The notes: generated by a model not told the origin, from the sequence alone. A DNA stretch of 64,000 nucleotides from a bacterium (GCA_963662285.2 CAXXMV010000001.1:480001-544000); one strand, 5' to 3'. Positions 20,503 through 31,028 are shown, counted from the stretch's first letter. Program-made: numbers and translations.

Positions 20503-20919
20503 CTACTCAACCGAATGCTCGATTCTGGGGACTGAGGCGATAGCCAGGCAATGTTTTACTGCATTATAGACCTGCTCTTCGCTTGAATCATTCGATATGG
20601 TAAACGAAGCGCCTTGCGCTGAAGCGTCTATGGAGCGCAAAGCCGTATGAGTGCGAGAAAGAAGCAGCAGTTTACCGACTGGCCGAAGTCTTCGGATCAA
20701 CGCAAGGACATGGCTGCCGTTAATGGATGGCATACGTTCATCAAAGATTATTAGATCAGGTTTTTTGGCGGCGGTTTGACCGACCGCGTCTTTCGAGGAA
20801 CCAGCATGAAAGAAACTGGCGCGATGCGGTTCAACGCTATCCTTGACTGTTTTCAACACGTCAGGATTTTGAGTTATTAGCAGGATTTTCTTTCCGAAGA
20901 AAACGCCGTTCGCATTCAT
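20503..20919 (-). CDS. Single-domain response regulator receiver (atypical)
   Basis: KKILLIT...KPDLIIFDERMPSING receiver pattern; GGAGG RBS before ATG 20919. Confidence 0.8.
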   Translation of the reverse strand: MNANGVFFGKKILLITQNPDVLKTVKDSVEPHRASFFHAGSSKDAVGQTAAKKPDLIIFDERMPSINGSHVLALIRRLRPVGKLLLLSRTHTALRSIDASAQGASFTISNDSSEEQVYNAVKHCLAIASVPRIEHSVE

Positions 20920-21440
20920 GGCCGACCTCCATGAGAGTCGATTACCAAATTCATACAAACAAATACTGACAGTACGACATTAAACCACTCTTACAAAGAC
21001 CAAGAACTGATGCTTCCTTCTATCCAGGTGTCTGGATTACTTATATATAAAGGTATCACAAGATAACGAATACGTCAGAATGAGATATCCTTCCTCCACC
21101 AATCTTGAGATAGGAGGAGGATTTAGTTGTTTTTTTTGTCTGAATCTTGATAACCAGGAAGATAAGGATTTGGAGGATATTTTATTCTGGGATTTATGCG
21201 TGGTTTTAGTGATTTGCATAATAACGCTTTTATTCGCCCTTCGAAAACCAAAAGAGATAATAAACGAATATGGTTTTGATAATCACTCAATACATAAACT
21301 CTTGTCAAAGCAGTTTAATAAGAACTGATTCCAAGCACTGATTTGAAGAATAAGTCTAGACAGGAGATACCGGCGCCGCTAGATTCTATTCAATCGCAAG
21401 ATGAATATCCTAAAATGTTTTAATGACGAGGTTCCCTTTA

Positions 21441-22019
21441 ATGAAAAAGCAGGATTACACTAAAGAAGGCGATAAAGGTTTTACGCAAATAGGCGGCGGG
21501 GTGCGTGTTCCAAAAGATGCGCCTCAAGTTGAAGCGTGCGGTACAGTCAATGAACTTAATTCTTATTTGGGTTTGGCCATATCTCTGGGAGTGTCGCCGA
21601 ATCTTGTCCCCATGCTGATGCAGATTCAAAACGACCTTTTTTACTTAATGGAAGAACTGTCATACAGTTCTAATCCAGAAAAGAATAAAGAGATCACTAC
21701 GATTGAGAAGCGCCATGTACAGAATCTCGAGAAATTCATCGAGCAACTTAATGAGGTTCTGGATCCACTGGATACATATATCCAACCGGGAGGCACTCTA
21801 CCCGCAGCAGTATTGCACCTGGCCCGTAACGTTTGCAGAAGAGTGGAGCGCAGAACCGTGTCACTGTTGCATCAATGGGAAGAAGCCAGTAAATATGTAC
21901 TGAAGTATTTGAACCGGCTATCAGATTTATTATACGCTATGGCTCGATTCCAAAATCGGCAGGATGGTATATATGAGACTGAATGGCCTTCACCAAGTTC
22001 AAGTTCAAAAAAGAAATAA
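21441..22019 (+). CDS. PduO-type cob(I)alamin adenosyltransferase
   Basis: YTKEGDKG, GTVNELNSYLG, IQNDLF, QPGG, CRRVER, YLNRLSD. Confidence 0.85.
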   Translation: MKKQDYTKEGDKGFTQIGGGVRVPKDAPQVEACGTVNELNSYLGLAISLGVSPNLVPMLMQIQNDLFYLMEELSYSSNPEKNKEITTIEKRHVQNLEKFIEQLNEVLDPLDTYIQPGGTLPAAVLHLARNVCRRVERRTVSLLHQWEEASKYVLKYLNRLSDLLYAMARFQNRQDGIYETEWPSPSSSSKKK

Positions 22020-22047
22020 CCAAATCGCCTTCAGGATGATTAAGATC

Positions 22048-22075
22048 AATCCTCTCCCCCAGTTGGGAGAGGATT
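22048..22075. repeat. boxC-like hairpin / terminator
   Basis: AATCCTCTCCC-CCAGTT-GGGAGAGGATT. Confidence 0.65.
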
Positions 22076-22099
22076 TTCTGATTGATTACAGAATAACAG

Positions 22100-22137
22100 G
22101 ACTGCACTGGCGCTATTAGACTACACTGGCGCTATTA
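22100..22137 (+). repeat. 19-bp tandem duplication
   Basis: GACTGCACTGGCGCTATTA followed by GACTACACTGGCGCTATTA. Confidence 0.8.
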
Positions 22138-22437
22138 GATGACTCTGCTTATTGCTTTTAAACTACCTTGCTTAGAGTGTTTTCGTTTTGTGCTATGATT
22201 TTCATCACGTTTTCTCTACTATCTCTATATAATAATTTATCAGGAAAAATGCTTAAAGACATCTTTGCTCACAGGTTAATCAAAAACAAATGCAATTTCA
22301 ATAATTATCTCTCTAACCACCTGCCAAACCTTAGATAAGGGACTTTTTTGTGATATTTTCAAACTGCAACAAGATTTATCTTCTATTATTTTGATAATCG
22401 CTCTTATCAAACACTATTTTATTCAGGAGTAATTAAT

Positions 22438-24384
22438 ATGCGCTTTATCAAGCTGGGTTGTTTGTTTTCAATTCTATTCACTTTCAGTATTGCGCCTGCA
22501 CTGAGCGCGAATAACGTTCCGGTTTATTCCGCAGACAATGAGGGCGTGTTTTTTAAGGACTGGCTGCTGTGCGGGCCTTTCCCTAATAGTCATGAGAAGA
22601 ACATTATCGATTATAGGCATGGGTCGCGCTGCACATTCTTTATTGCAGATTTGATGAAGGACATCGGCGGCGAAGCCAAGGCTGAGCCTCAAGCCGGGGA
22701 TAAAATCACGCTGGCTGATCCTCCCATAAGCCGCTCATGGTTCCTGCATAGGTCTAAAGAAGACCTGGTCAATTTCAATGACATCTTCACGCCAAACGAC
22801 AATGTGGTTTCCTATGCTTTTTGTTATGTAGATTCGCCTGATGAACGCAAAGTCATGGCTGCTATCGGAAGTAATGATAACGTCAAATTCTGGCTTAACG
22901 GCGAGCTGGTTCATCATTTTGTTCTGGCTGATGGACGTTGGCTAGCCAAGGATGACGATTACGTCCCCATTACTCTAAAAAAAGGCCGCAACCGCCTTCT
23001 GTTCAAAGTATGCGAAGGAACCGGGGCTTATGGTTTGGTATTCAGGCTTTTGGATTATGACCAAACGGTTAAGTCAATTCTGGATAATGTTAATAGCCAT
23101 AACAAACTTTCAGCAGTAACCAAAATTGATGAGCTGAAGATCACCTTTGGAACGCCGCACCGCTTTGAGGCAATAACTCCTGAAGCCAAAGTTCATTATG
23201 AAATAAACCACAAAGAAAAGGGATTAATCGCTTCTTTTGATGGTCGTGAAGGCTTCGAGTTATCTTATCCCCTCGAAAACATCCCTGACGGTTTCCTAAC
23301 TCTCAAAGCCTCAATCCCTATACCTGGTGGACAAGTTGCCAATCAAGTAAATCATTTCAAAGGCAAACTGCCCCGCTTTGGGTATCCTGAGCGCTTGAAA
23401 GCCGATTTAGCCATGCGCGACGCTGATGGCAAACCGTTTTTCCCCATCGGAACCTATGGCGCGGCGCCGGAATATTATTCAATAATTAAAGAAGCCGGTT
23501 ACAACTTCATCATGGGCGGCGAAGCATCACTTGATGGCGCCCATAAAGCGGGACTCAAAGTCGGCGTTTCCATGCACGGCAGCGGCGAACATTGGCTTGA
23601 CCATATCCGTGAAATCGTCCGCAAAAACCGCGAACATCCCGCCCTATTATTCTGGATGCTGTTTGATGAGCCGGGATATAACAAAGCCGACCTGCTGCAG
23701 ATGCACGAAGCCTATAAACTGATCCGTCAGGAAGATCCGGTCAATCCGGTTTATCTGGTTATTACTGATCCCAGGGTATACGAAACATTCGGACGTTGCT
23801 GCGACCTGCTTTCAGTTGATACGTATCCCATCTCGCAAGGCGACATCGCCAGCGTAGGTGATAATATTGCCAGAGCCTACGCGGTATCAGACGGCGACAC
23901 GCCAGTCTGGCATTGCGGCCAGCTATTCCAATGGCCCGGCGACTGCTACCCCACAATTCAGGAACATCGCTTCATGTCGTATCTGGCCATCCAGTCCGGC
24001 GCCAAAGCGATGCTATGGTATAGTTTCCGTTATCAGGGCGGCCCGCTGCCCGAAGCCGTTCCTGAACTATGGCAGTCGCATGTACAACTAATTAAGGAAC
24101 TGCACGAGTTGGAGCCGATACTGCTCTATCCCGGATTGGGCGAACGGTTGCTATCCGGCAACAACGATATCCGCGTAACCTCCAAAAGGGGACCAGACGG
24201 AAGTTTGACTATCTTCGCGGTTAATACGTCAAAAACCGAGACTATCGTTTCAAACATTCAATGCCCGACGCAGGATTCAAAGAATATCCCCGCTTTGTTT
24301 GAAGACCGCAGCGTCTCCATGAAAGAGGGCGTTATTCAAGATACTTTTGAACCACTCGGAGTTCATATTTATCAGATCAAGTAA
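22438..24384 (+). CDS. Secreted modular protein: N-terminal beta-sandwich plus GH-A-like TIM barrel
   Basis: Signal peptide; WLLCGPFPN...KFWLNGELV...LKKGRNRLLFK module; DGKPFFPIG, FWMLFDEP, SVDTYPI. Confidence 0.7.
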   Translation: MRFIKLGCLFSILFTFSIAPALSANNVPVYSADNEGVFFKDWLLCGPFPNSHEKNIIDYRHGSRCTFFIADLMKDIGGEAKAEPQAGDKITLADPPISRSWFLHRSKEDLVNFNDIFTPNDNVVSYAFCYVDSPDERKVMAAIGSNDNVKFWLNGELVHHFVLADGRWLAKDDDYVPITLKKGRNRLLFKVCEGTGAYGLVFRLLDYDQTVKSILDNVNSHNKLSAVTKIDELKITFGTPHRFEAITPEAKVHYEINHKEKGLIASFDGREGFELSYPLENIPDGFLTLKASIPIPGGQVANQVNHFKGKLPRFGYPERLKADLAMRDADGKPFFPIGTYGAAPEYYSIIKEAGYNFIMGGEASLDGAHKAGLKVGVSMHGSGEHWLDHIREIVRKNREHPALLFWMLFDEPGYNKADLLQMHEAYKLIRQEDPVNPVYLVITDPRVYETFGRCCDLLSVDTYPISQGDIASVGDNIARAYAVSDGDTPVWHCGQLFQWPGDCYPTIQEHRFMSYLAIQSGAKAMLWYSFRYQGGPLPEAVPELWQSHVQLIKELHELEPILLYPGLGERLLSGNNDIRVTSKRGPDGSLTIFAVNTSKTETIVSNIQCPTQDSKNIPALFEDRSVSMKEGVIQDTFEPLGVHIYQIK

Positions 24385-24414
24385 GGCCTAAGACATTCGA
24401 CAGTCAGACTATCC

Positions 24415-24451
24415 AAGACGCACTTTCGCTTAGCAGGTGGAAGTGCGTCTT
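24415..24451 (+). terminator. Intrinsic terminator-like hairpin
   Basis: AAGACGCACTT...AAGTGCGTCTT followed by an AT-rich tract. Confidence 0.55.
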
Positions 24452-24527
24452 ATTTATTAATCGGGCTGAACAATAACTGAATGTAGAGTAGAATATAACA
24501 ATATCACTCAAGAGAGGTTATTAAACC

Positions 24528-25286
24528 ATGTCTAGATTATTATTCGTATTGTTGATTACCGGGCTGCTATTGCCAGCCATCGCTCAATCAAAGCCGCCTT
24601 CGGACGATTATAAACTTACCTGGTCAGACGAATTTGATGGCGCCAAACTGGATGAATCGAAATGGGGCTATCACAACCTTGGGCCGAGACGCGACGCCAT
24701 CAATATCAAGGAATGCGCGATGCTGGATGGCAAGGGGAAATTGGTTTTAACCACTAAAAAAGTTGAAGACAAATACTACACCGCAATGGTCGAAACGCGC
24801 ACCAAATATGAAGCGCGTTATGGATACTATGAATGCCGAGCCAAACTGCAAACTCAACCGGGACACTGGTCAGCGTTCTGGCTTCACTCGCCCAAATTCA
24901 TAGACGGCGGCGATCCCAAAGAACATGGAACCGAGATCGACATCTTTGAGTACCTGACCAAAAAAGGCCAGACGCTGGTCTGCAACTTACATTGGGGCGG
25001 CTACAAGAAAGGCTTCCATAAAACAGTCGGCTCAAAATATGACATGACTGATACCCCGGACGGATTCCACACCTTCGGCCTGGAATGGACTCCCAAAGAA
25101 TACGTCATCTACCTTGACGGCAAAGAGGTCTGGCGAACCACCGAAGCCATATCGCATATCAAACAATACATAATCCTGAGCCTCGAAGTAGGCGAGTGGG
25201 CGGGAGACATCAAAGACGCCAAATTACCCGACAGCGCTATTTTTGATTATGTCCGGGTTTATCAGATTCCTGAGAAAACTGAGTAG
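24528..25286 (+). CDS. Glycoside hydrolase family 16
   Basis: WSDEFDG, WSAFWL, catalytic EIDIFE, FHTFGLEWT, DYVRVYQ; signal peptide. Confidence 0.92.
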   Translation: MSRLLFVLLITGLLLPAIAQSKPPSDDYKLTWSDEFDGAKLDESKWGYHNLGPRRDAINIKECAMLDGKGKLVLTTKKVEDKYYTAMVETRTKYEARYGYYECRAKLQTQPGHWSAFWLHSPKFIDGGDPKEHGTEIDIFEYLTKKGQTLVCNLHWGGYKKGFHKTVGSKYDMTDTPDGFHTFGLEWTPKEYVIYLDGKEVWRTTEAISHIKQYIILSLEVGEWAGDIKDAKLPDSAIFDYVRVYQIPEKTE

Positions 25287-25521
25287 AGTGTAAACCTTTA
25301 TGAATTCTGATTGAATAAGGACTAGAAAACTTATTGGAAAACATCCAATATAGAGTAACGATTTTATTCATATATTTAATTACATACATATAGTGAAATT
25401 CTCATATCGTAGCCTACTGAAATAGTTTTCTTCTCAAGTCTTCGTATGTATCTAAGTATCTTTTTACTTCATCATATTTTTTTAATTTAAATTTCACTTC
25501 AATCAATGTCAGTATGTGTTG

Positions 25522-28500
25522 TCATATAATAGAAGGACTTTCTGTTAGGAATATTTTTTTTATGCTCATCTGTATATATTTTTCCGCATCGGAGTATTTT
25601 TTACGACATAAGTAAATTAATCCTTTTGTATGATCTAATTCACATTTTCTTAAATCATCTTTTGTTGATTTTTCCCATAACTCATAGGCTTTTTGATGAT
25701 ATTCATCAGCCCTATTTAATTCCTCTTGATCTCCTATTTTTGCCAATGCGGTGGCATGATTAAGGTAACAAACAATCAACCACCATTGACTATTTGGATA
25801 ATCTAAGATAATCCTCTCTGCTGTTTCTAATTCAGTGCATGCATCTTCATATTTATTTACTGCTAAAAACAATTGCGCTTTCTTAATACGGGAAACAGCT
25901 ACTCCAGTTTCGTCTTTCGGACTCATTTCGTTGTTTAATTTCATACAGTTTCCAATAAAAGATAGAGCATTATCAAACAACGATTTAATAGTATCATTAT
26001 TATTTATATTTGAAATTTTAATAATGTTTATTGTGCATTTGTGTCTAAATATCATGGCCTTAATATGAATTTGATTAACGTTCAAAGCAGATAAATCTAT
26101 GCTCTCAAAATTTACAATATCATTGATAGATTCTGTTAATTTTCCTAGAGATATTTTCGTTTGTATGATTCGTAAAAGAATTTTAAAATCTATGTCCGAA
26201 TCATAGGTTAGTGTCGTTTTTTCAAATTCTTTTAGTGCTAAAGAATATTTTCTTTCCATTGTTAATAATATTCCTCGTTCTAAATACACTCTCTTTTTCT
26301 GTGTTGGATCACGATAGTTTATATATTTATTTGCATTATTAACTGCCTTTTTGTACTCCTCTAGTGAAGAGTGAATTCTGTATATTCTTGCCCTGATCAA
26401 TTCAATTGTAAATTCCGATTTCTTCGATTGTTTATTATTATTATTATTATTTCCCGGAGCGGATTCCAAAAAGTGTTTTAATATATCAATTTCATAATTA
26501 TCTATTAGAGTTTTTTCAATTTCTTTTAATATTTCTATGTATTTATTTCTATTTCCTGAAATTTTGTAATAATATAATGCAGAGGAATAATATGGGATAG
26601 ATTCATAAAATGAGTATTTAACTGCTTTAATTAAAAATCTTTCGGCAATTTTGTTCAATATACGTTTTTCTTCGTCTATTTTTACCGTTATAATTTTTTG
26701 CAGGCATTCTCTTACTGTCGATGACATTCCATATAGCACTTTATGATGGTGCTGTGGTCGATCTCCTAATACATTTTCCTGTATCATGAATCCCCACATG
26801 CATAGATTGTTCACAAACGAATTCAAACCCGCGGAATTCAAATTCTCATCAAAACAATGCCTTATAGATTCTAAACTCCTTGGCGTTCTGAAATATTGTG
26901 CAATAGTTATGACATTTTCTAAGATATTGTATTCTTCTTTGCTATATATGGATTTTAAATACATCATTACTTGAGTAAATAGTGTTTGATAGTCATTCAG
27001 GGCTATTTTATTAAAAATCCTATCATCAATATCTAATACTCTAGTCAGTTTAGATAATATAAACAAAGTATGTATGCTAGCATCAGAATTTATTTTTTTA
27101 ATTTTGTCCAATATTTTTATATCAATACCAAATGATTCGGAAAATTTCAATAATTCCTCACTATCCGTTAACGGTTCTATCTTTATGTATAACGATTCAT
27201 CATGAGAAATACAACAATTTACTTTATCACTTTTTGTACTCGCGAATATAATTTTAAGTTTATGATCACTTTGCTCTAGCAAGTACTTAAAGAATTCTAT
27301 CTCACGAGTATTGAATCTCTCATAATGTTCAATGGCAATAATTATCCTCCTGTCTTCATATTTGAATGATGTTAGTAAGGCTTTCGCGATTGTTTCATTA
27401 TTCCATCCCTCGTTTGTATATCCTCTCTGCTTAAAAAAAGTTTTTTTAGTTTCTTCGCTTAGGTTAGAAACGATGAAATGTACATAAGTTTCCAAATCAA
27501 GCCATTCTTTCGCCTCAATGCGAAAAATAACAAATTTTCCAGTAAGAGATTGTTTTCTAAGGGTGTATCCAAGTAAAGTACTAATGCCATTTCCTGGACT
27601 AGAATGTAAAAATAAAATTTTATTACTCGAATAAAAGAAATCAAAAACTCGACTATCACATTTTCTACTTATATAATTTTTAGGTACAGGAGGCATTTCT
27701 CCCCATGGAGAGTCAAAAACTTTTAAATTACTGATAGGAGGACGAATTTTCGATAAAATATTAATTATTTCATCACGTTCTAGACCTTTAATATATAATC
27801 TTTTTCTATCATTTTCATTATTTTTATCGCTTTCAATGTCTTGCGTTACATTGTGTTCTATGTTTTGTAATATTGTATCTTTAGCGCTCTTTGTTCCTAA
27901 GATATAAATTTTTGTTTTTTCATTATCATCTGCGACTAGTCTTCTTATTAGAGTATTAATGACTGGATCTCGTCCGCCATAACCAAAAATACAAAGTGAA
28001 TTTCCTTTTATTATATTAAAAAACTTATGATGCCAAATTGTTTTGTCATAGGATTTTGAAGCAAAAACAACATCGTAGAAATAATTAGCATCTCCATGTA
28101 GTTTTGCGATGAAGAAATCATCAGGAATTTCAAATTTCCCCTCGCCTTCCCATTGACGAGGAAGAATTGGTAAAATTGATTTCTTGTAGAGAGTTACATA
28201 AGCATCTTCAAGTAAATGGTCATAATTCGTAGTAAAAATACCGTCGAAACCCATGGAAACAATATTTGAATGAATTGGGTGTGGAAATATGTGTTCTAAA
28301 AATGTTTGCTGTGAAAATTGCTGTAATATTTCATGAGCCAGATTATTAATTACAAGCTCTCCCGCCCTTCTATAACAACCACTATCAACATAATCATTAT
28401 AATTTTTAAAAGTTATCTCTTTATTCTTTAATAATTGCCCTGCTTTTTCTAAAAAATTACTCCATGACGGAATTCCTGACACACAAGATAAACCCGAACA

Positions 28501-28578
28501 TATTAGCGCATATTTTTGGGGCTCTTTCTCATCCAATAGTGTACGTATATCGTTCACGACACCACTTGAAGATTCCAT
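25522..28578 (-). CDS. SIR2-like domain + degenerate P-loop NTPase + TPR repeats, putative anti-phage protein
   Basis: SGLSCVSGIPSW, IFTTNYDHLLE, AKLHGD, IFGYGGRDP (SIR2-type); SSPGNGIST Walker-A-like; TPR-like C-terminal half; very AT-rich; GGAG RBS before ATG 28578. Confidence 0.8.
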   Translation of the reverse strand: MESSSGVVNDIRTLLDEKEPQKYALICSGLSCVSGIPSWSNFLEKAGQLLKNKEITFKNYNDYVDSGCYRRAGELVINNLAHEILQQFSQQTFLEHIFPHPIHSNIVSMGFDGIFTTNYDHLLEDAYVTLYKKSILPILPRQWEGEGKFEIPDDFFIAKLHGDANYFYDVVFASKSYDKTIWHHKFFNIIKGNSLCIFGYGGRDPVINTLIRRLVADDNEKTKIYILGTKSAKDTILQNIEHNVTQDIESDKNNENDRKRLYIKGLERDEIINILSKIRPPISNLKVFDSPWGEMPPVPKNYISRKCDSRVFDFFYSSNKILFLHSSPGNGISTLLGYTLRKQSLTGKFVIFRIEAKEWLDLETYVHFIVSNLSEETKKTFFKQRGYTNEGWNNETIAKALLTSFKYEDRRIIIAIEHYERFNTREIEFFKYLLEQSDHKLKIIFASTKSDKVNCCISHDESLYIKIEPLTDSEELLKFSESFGIDIKILDKIKKINSDASIHTLFILSKLTRVLDIDDRIFNKIALNDYQTLFTQVMMYLKSIYSKEEYNILENVITIAQYFRTPRSLESIRHCFDENLNSAGLNSFVNNLCMWGFMIQENVLGDRPQHHHKVLYGMSSTVRECLQKIITVKIDEEKRILNKIAERFLIKAVKYSFYESIPYYSSALYYYKISGNRNKYIEILKEIEKTLIDNYEIDILKHFLESAPGNNNNNNKQSKKSEFTIELIRARIYRIHSSLEEYKKAVNNANKYINYRDPTQKKRVYLERGILLTMERKYSLALKEFEKTTLTYDSDIDFKILLRIIQTKISLGKLTESINDIVNFESIDLSALNVNQIHIKAMIFRHKCTINIIKISNINNNDTIKSLFDNALSFIGNCMKLNNEMSPKDETGVAVSRIKKAQLFLAVNKYEDACTELETAERIILDYPNSQWWLIVCYLNHATALAKIGDQEELNRADEYHQKAYELWEKSTKDDLRKCELDHTKGLIYLCRKKYSDAEKYIQMSIKKIFLTESPSII

Positions 28579-28792
28579 ACCATTTACTCCAAAAAATACA
28601 ATATATTTTTTGTGTTTCAAAAAAAACATGCGATGTATTTAATCATAATTGATGCGTCGCATCTATGGTGGTTCAATATAATGACTTTATTTATTTAGAG
28701 TAACTTATAAATGAGTATTCATAAATACAAATAACATGAGTGAAGGATTTAACGTTTAAATTTCAGGAAATTACGTAAATCATAAATAAAGC

Positions 28793-28828
28793 AAAAAAAG
28801 GGGGGGGGGGTATTCAGCCCCCTTTTTT
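28793..28828 (-). terminator. Intrinsic terminator of the DUF1080 gene, containing a G11 run
   Basis: Minus strand reads AAAAAAGGGGG-CTGAATA-C11-T7. Confidence 0.65.
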
Positions 28829-28848
28829 GATAATATCCACATCATCCA

Positions 28849-29583
28849 TCAAGGCAATTCGCGAATTCGTATGTTTTTGAATTCTATGGGGGAGCCTTCT
28901 GATTCAAGGCATATATGACCTACGCAAGGATCGGCGCCGTTGCCGCCGGATACTTCTTCTCCGTTGACCCATAAACGAATTTCGCCGTTTATACCTCTTA
29001 CGTAGTAGTGATTCCATTGCCCGAAGCCTTTGCTCAGGTTTTTGCTGGGGAAACTACGCGCTCCATTGGCTGACAGGGGAGGAAATGGTTTCAGTTTGGA
29101 GTTGCCAACCGGGAAGATGTCGCCATTAGTCGAGAACCAGTCAGACTTTTTGCCGTTTTTCTTTTCAAAATTCTCAGCGTAGCCATGATCCAGCATTTGC
29201 ACTTCGATGCCATACTTGGGCAGGGTATTTGGTTTAATGTCGGTCAACGCTTCAATCGGCGCCCATACGAAGCAACCGGAGTTGCCAGCTGACTTAAGAT
29301 GACGCCATTGCACTACCAACTCAAAGTTGGTGTATACCTTTTTGGTGCGCATCACGCCGACCGGCTTGCCTGTGCAAGTAAGTAAACCATCTTTCCAGGA
29401 CCAGGTGTCCTCGAAGCAATTGACGTTGACAAAATCTTTTTCGCCCAGTTCCACCCATCCATCACCGATACCATCAATAAAGGCTTTGGGCAACACCGGA
29501 GTATCTTCGGTCTGCGCCAGTTGCATTCCGGCAAATGACAGGCACAGCATCAACAACAGTGTAAGTGTTATAAACCGTTTCAT
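28849..29583 (-). CDS. DUF1080 (3-keto-disaccharide hydrolase-like) secreted protein
   Basis: Signal peptide; YTNFELVVQWR, GNSG, IEVQMLD, GQWNHY, GHICLESEG, FKNIRIREL. Confidence 0.88.
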   Translation of the reverse strand: MKRFITLTLLLMLCLSFAGMQLAQTEDTPVLPKAFIDGIGDGWVELGEKDFVNVNCFEDTWSWKDGLLTCTGKPVGVMRTKKVYTNFELVVQWRHLKSAGNSGCFVWAPIEALTDIKPNTLPKYGIEVQMLDHGYAENFEKKNGKKSDWFSTNGDIFPVGNSKLKPFPPLSANGARSFPSKNLSKGFGQWNHYYVRGINGEIRLWVNGEEVSGGNGADPCVGHICLESEGSPIEFKNIRIRELP

Positions 29584-29659
29584 ATCATTCTCCATTCAAG
29601 TTATTTGATTTATTCATATTATCACAAAAATAATGCGACGCATCGAAAACAGAATTATC

Positions 29660-31024
29660 TTAGATGCGGTCGAAATATCTTCTTAGTTCCCAGTCGGTCA
29701 CTGATGCGTCAAAGGCTCTTTGTTCCATGCGGGCCAGATGCAGGTAATGATCTACAACCTCATCCCCGAAAGCATTACGGGCGGTTTGGCTTTTTTCAAA
29801 CAAACGTGACGCTTCGATTAGACTGGTGGGGACGTGAGCCGCATAATCGGCTTTGTATGCGTCGCCCTGGAACGGTTCACCGCAGTCCAGGTTTTCTTCG
29901 ATTCCCGCCAGACCAGCGGCCAGTGTTGCAGCGAAGGCCAGGTATGGGTTGCCGTCGGCGCCGGGCATACGGTTTTCGATGCGGAAAGAATGGCCATGCC
30001 CGATGATGCGGAAACCTGCGGTGCGGTTGTCTGGGCTCCACACAATAGCTGTCGGCGCAAAAGAACCGGGCTGAAAGCGCTTATAGGCATTGATGGTGGA
30101 TGCGTAAAACAAGAAGAATTCATGCGAATACTTTAACTGTCCTCCAAGAAATTGGCGGTACAATTTTGACTCGCAGCTTTTATCTTTATCCCAGAACAGG
30201 TTCTGATCGCCTTCTTTGTTATAGGCGCTGGTATGTAAATGAAAACTGGAGCCAGCTTCGGTAGAGTCGCACTTGGCCATAAAGGTAACCGAACAGCCTT
30301 TGGACCAGGCGATTTCCTTCACCCCGTTTTTGTAAATAACATGACGATCCGCCATTTCCAACGCATCGGAGTATTCGAGATTGATCTCATGCTGTCCCTT
30401 ACCCCATTCGCCTTTACTGAATTCAACCGGGATATTGGCCTGATTCATTGAATTACGAATATCGCGGATGACGAATTCATCACGCGAGGTCTGGAGAATA
30501 TGGTAATCAATGGAATAATCGGAACTTGGTTTGGGAGAATGAAAATTACGCTGAGCTAATTCCTCCTGCGTCTCCAGAAAAAGATAAAACTCTAGCTCTG
30601 AAGCCATCATGGGATAGAGACCGGCCTGGTAGGCCCGTTCTATCTGGCGCCGCAGAATGGCGCGGGGCGATTGGGTGACGGGTTCTTTATTGGCCCATTG
30701 CAGGTCAACCAGAACCATCACCGTCTTCTCTAACCAGGGGATAAAGCGCAGAGTATTCAGGTCGAGAACGCCATGAAAGTCGCCATACCCTTTATCCCAG
30801 CTGGTCATTTCGAATCCCGGAAGAGGATTCATCTCCATATCCACCGTCAACAGATAATCACAGGAATGCATACCCGATGCGATCACGTGGCTGACAAAAT
30901 AGGAACCCGTTACTCTCTTACCGATCAGACGCCCGAATTGATCGGGAAAAGCAACCAGGACGGTATCAACTTCACCCGTTTGAATCAATTGGCGAAGATC
31001 TTCAAGGAGCAATGGGTTGGCCAT
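29660..31024 (-). CDS. Glutamine synthetase-like gamma-glutamyl-amine ligase (PuuA/GlnA4-like)
   Basis: DQFGRLIGKR, ASELEFYLF, EWGKGQHEIN (W where true GS has the E-flap residue region), TFMAK, GSSFHLH, DNRTAGFR, IENRMPGADGNPYL. Confidence 0.88.
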   Translation of the reverse strand: MANPLLLEDLRQLIQTGEVDTVLVAFPDQFGRLIGKRVTGSYFVSHVIASGMHSCDYLLTVDMEMNPLPGFEMTSWDKGYGDFHGVLDLNTLRFIPWLEKTVMVLVDLQWANKEPVTQSPRAILRRQIERAYQAGLYPMMASELEFYLFLETQEELAQRNFHSPKPSSDYSIDYHILQTSRDEFVIRDIRNSMNQANIPVEFSKGEWGKGQHEINLEYSDALEMADRHVIYKNGVKEIAWSKGCSVTFMAKCDSTEAGSSFHLHTSAYNKEGDQNLFWDKDKSCESKLYRQFLGGQLKYSHEFFLFYASTINAYKRFQPGSFAPTAIVWSPDNRTAGFRIIGHGHSFRIENRMPGADGNPYLAFAATLAAGLAGIEENLDCGEPFQGDAYKADYAAHVPTSLIEASRLFEKSQTARNAFGDEVVDHYLHLARMEQRAFDASVTDWELRRYFDRI

Positions 31025-31028
31025 TTTA

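Noticed and set aside
21037-21328. Three overlapping small ORFs
   Set aside because: No recognisable motif or clear RBS, so none can be supported.
22100-22137. Tandem 19-mer as a mini-CRISPR
   Set aside because: Two adjacent copies, no spacer, no cas genes.
28800-28810. G11 run as a phase-variation switch
   Set aside because: It lies in a terminator stem, not in a CDS or evident promoter; it may be homopolymer noise.
28651-29644. 12-bp inverted match GATGCGTCGCAT flanking the DUF1080 gene
   Set aside because: Short and self-palindromic, with no target duplication; too weak to call a mobile cassette.
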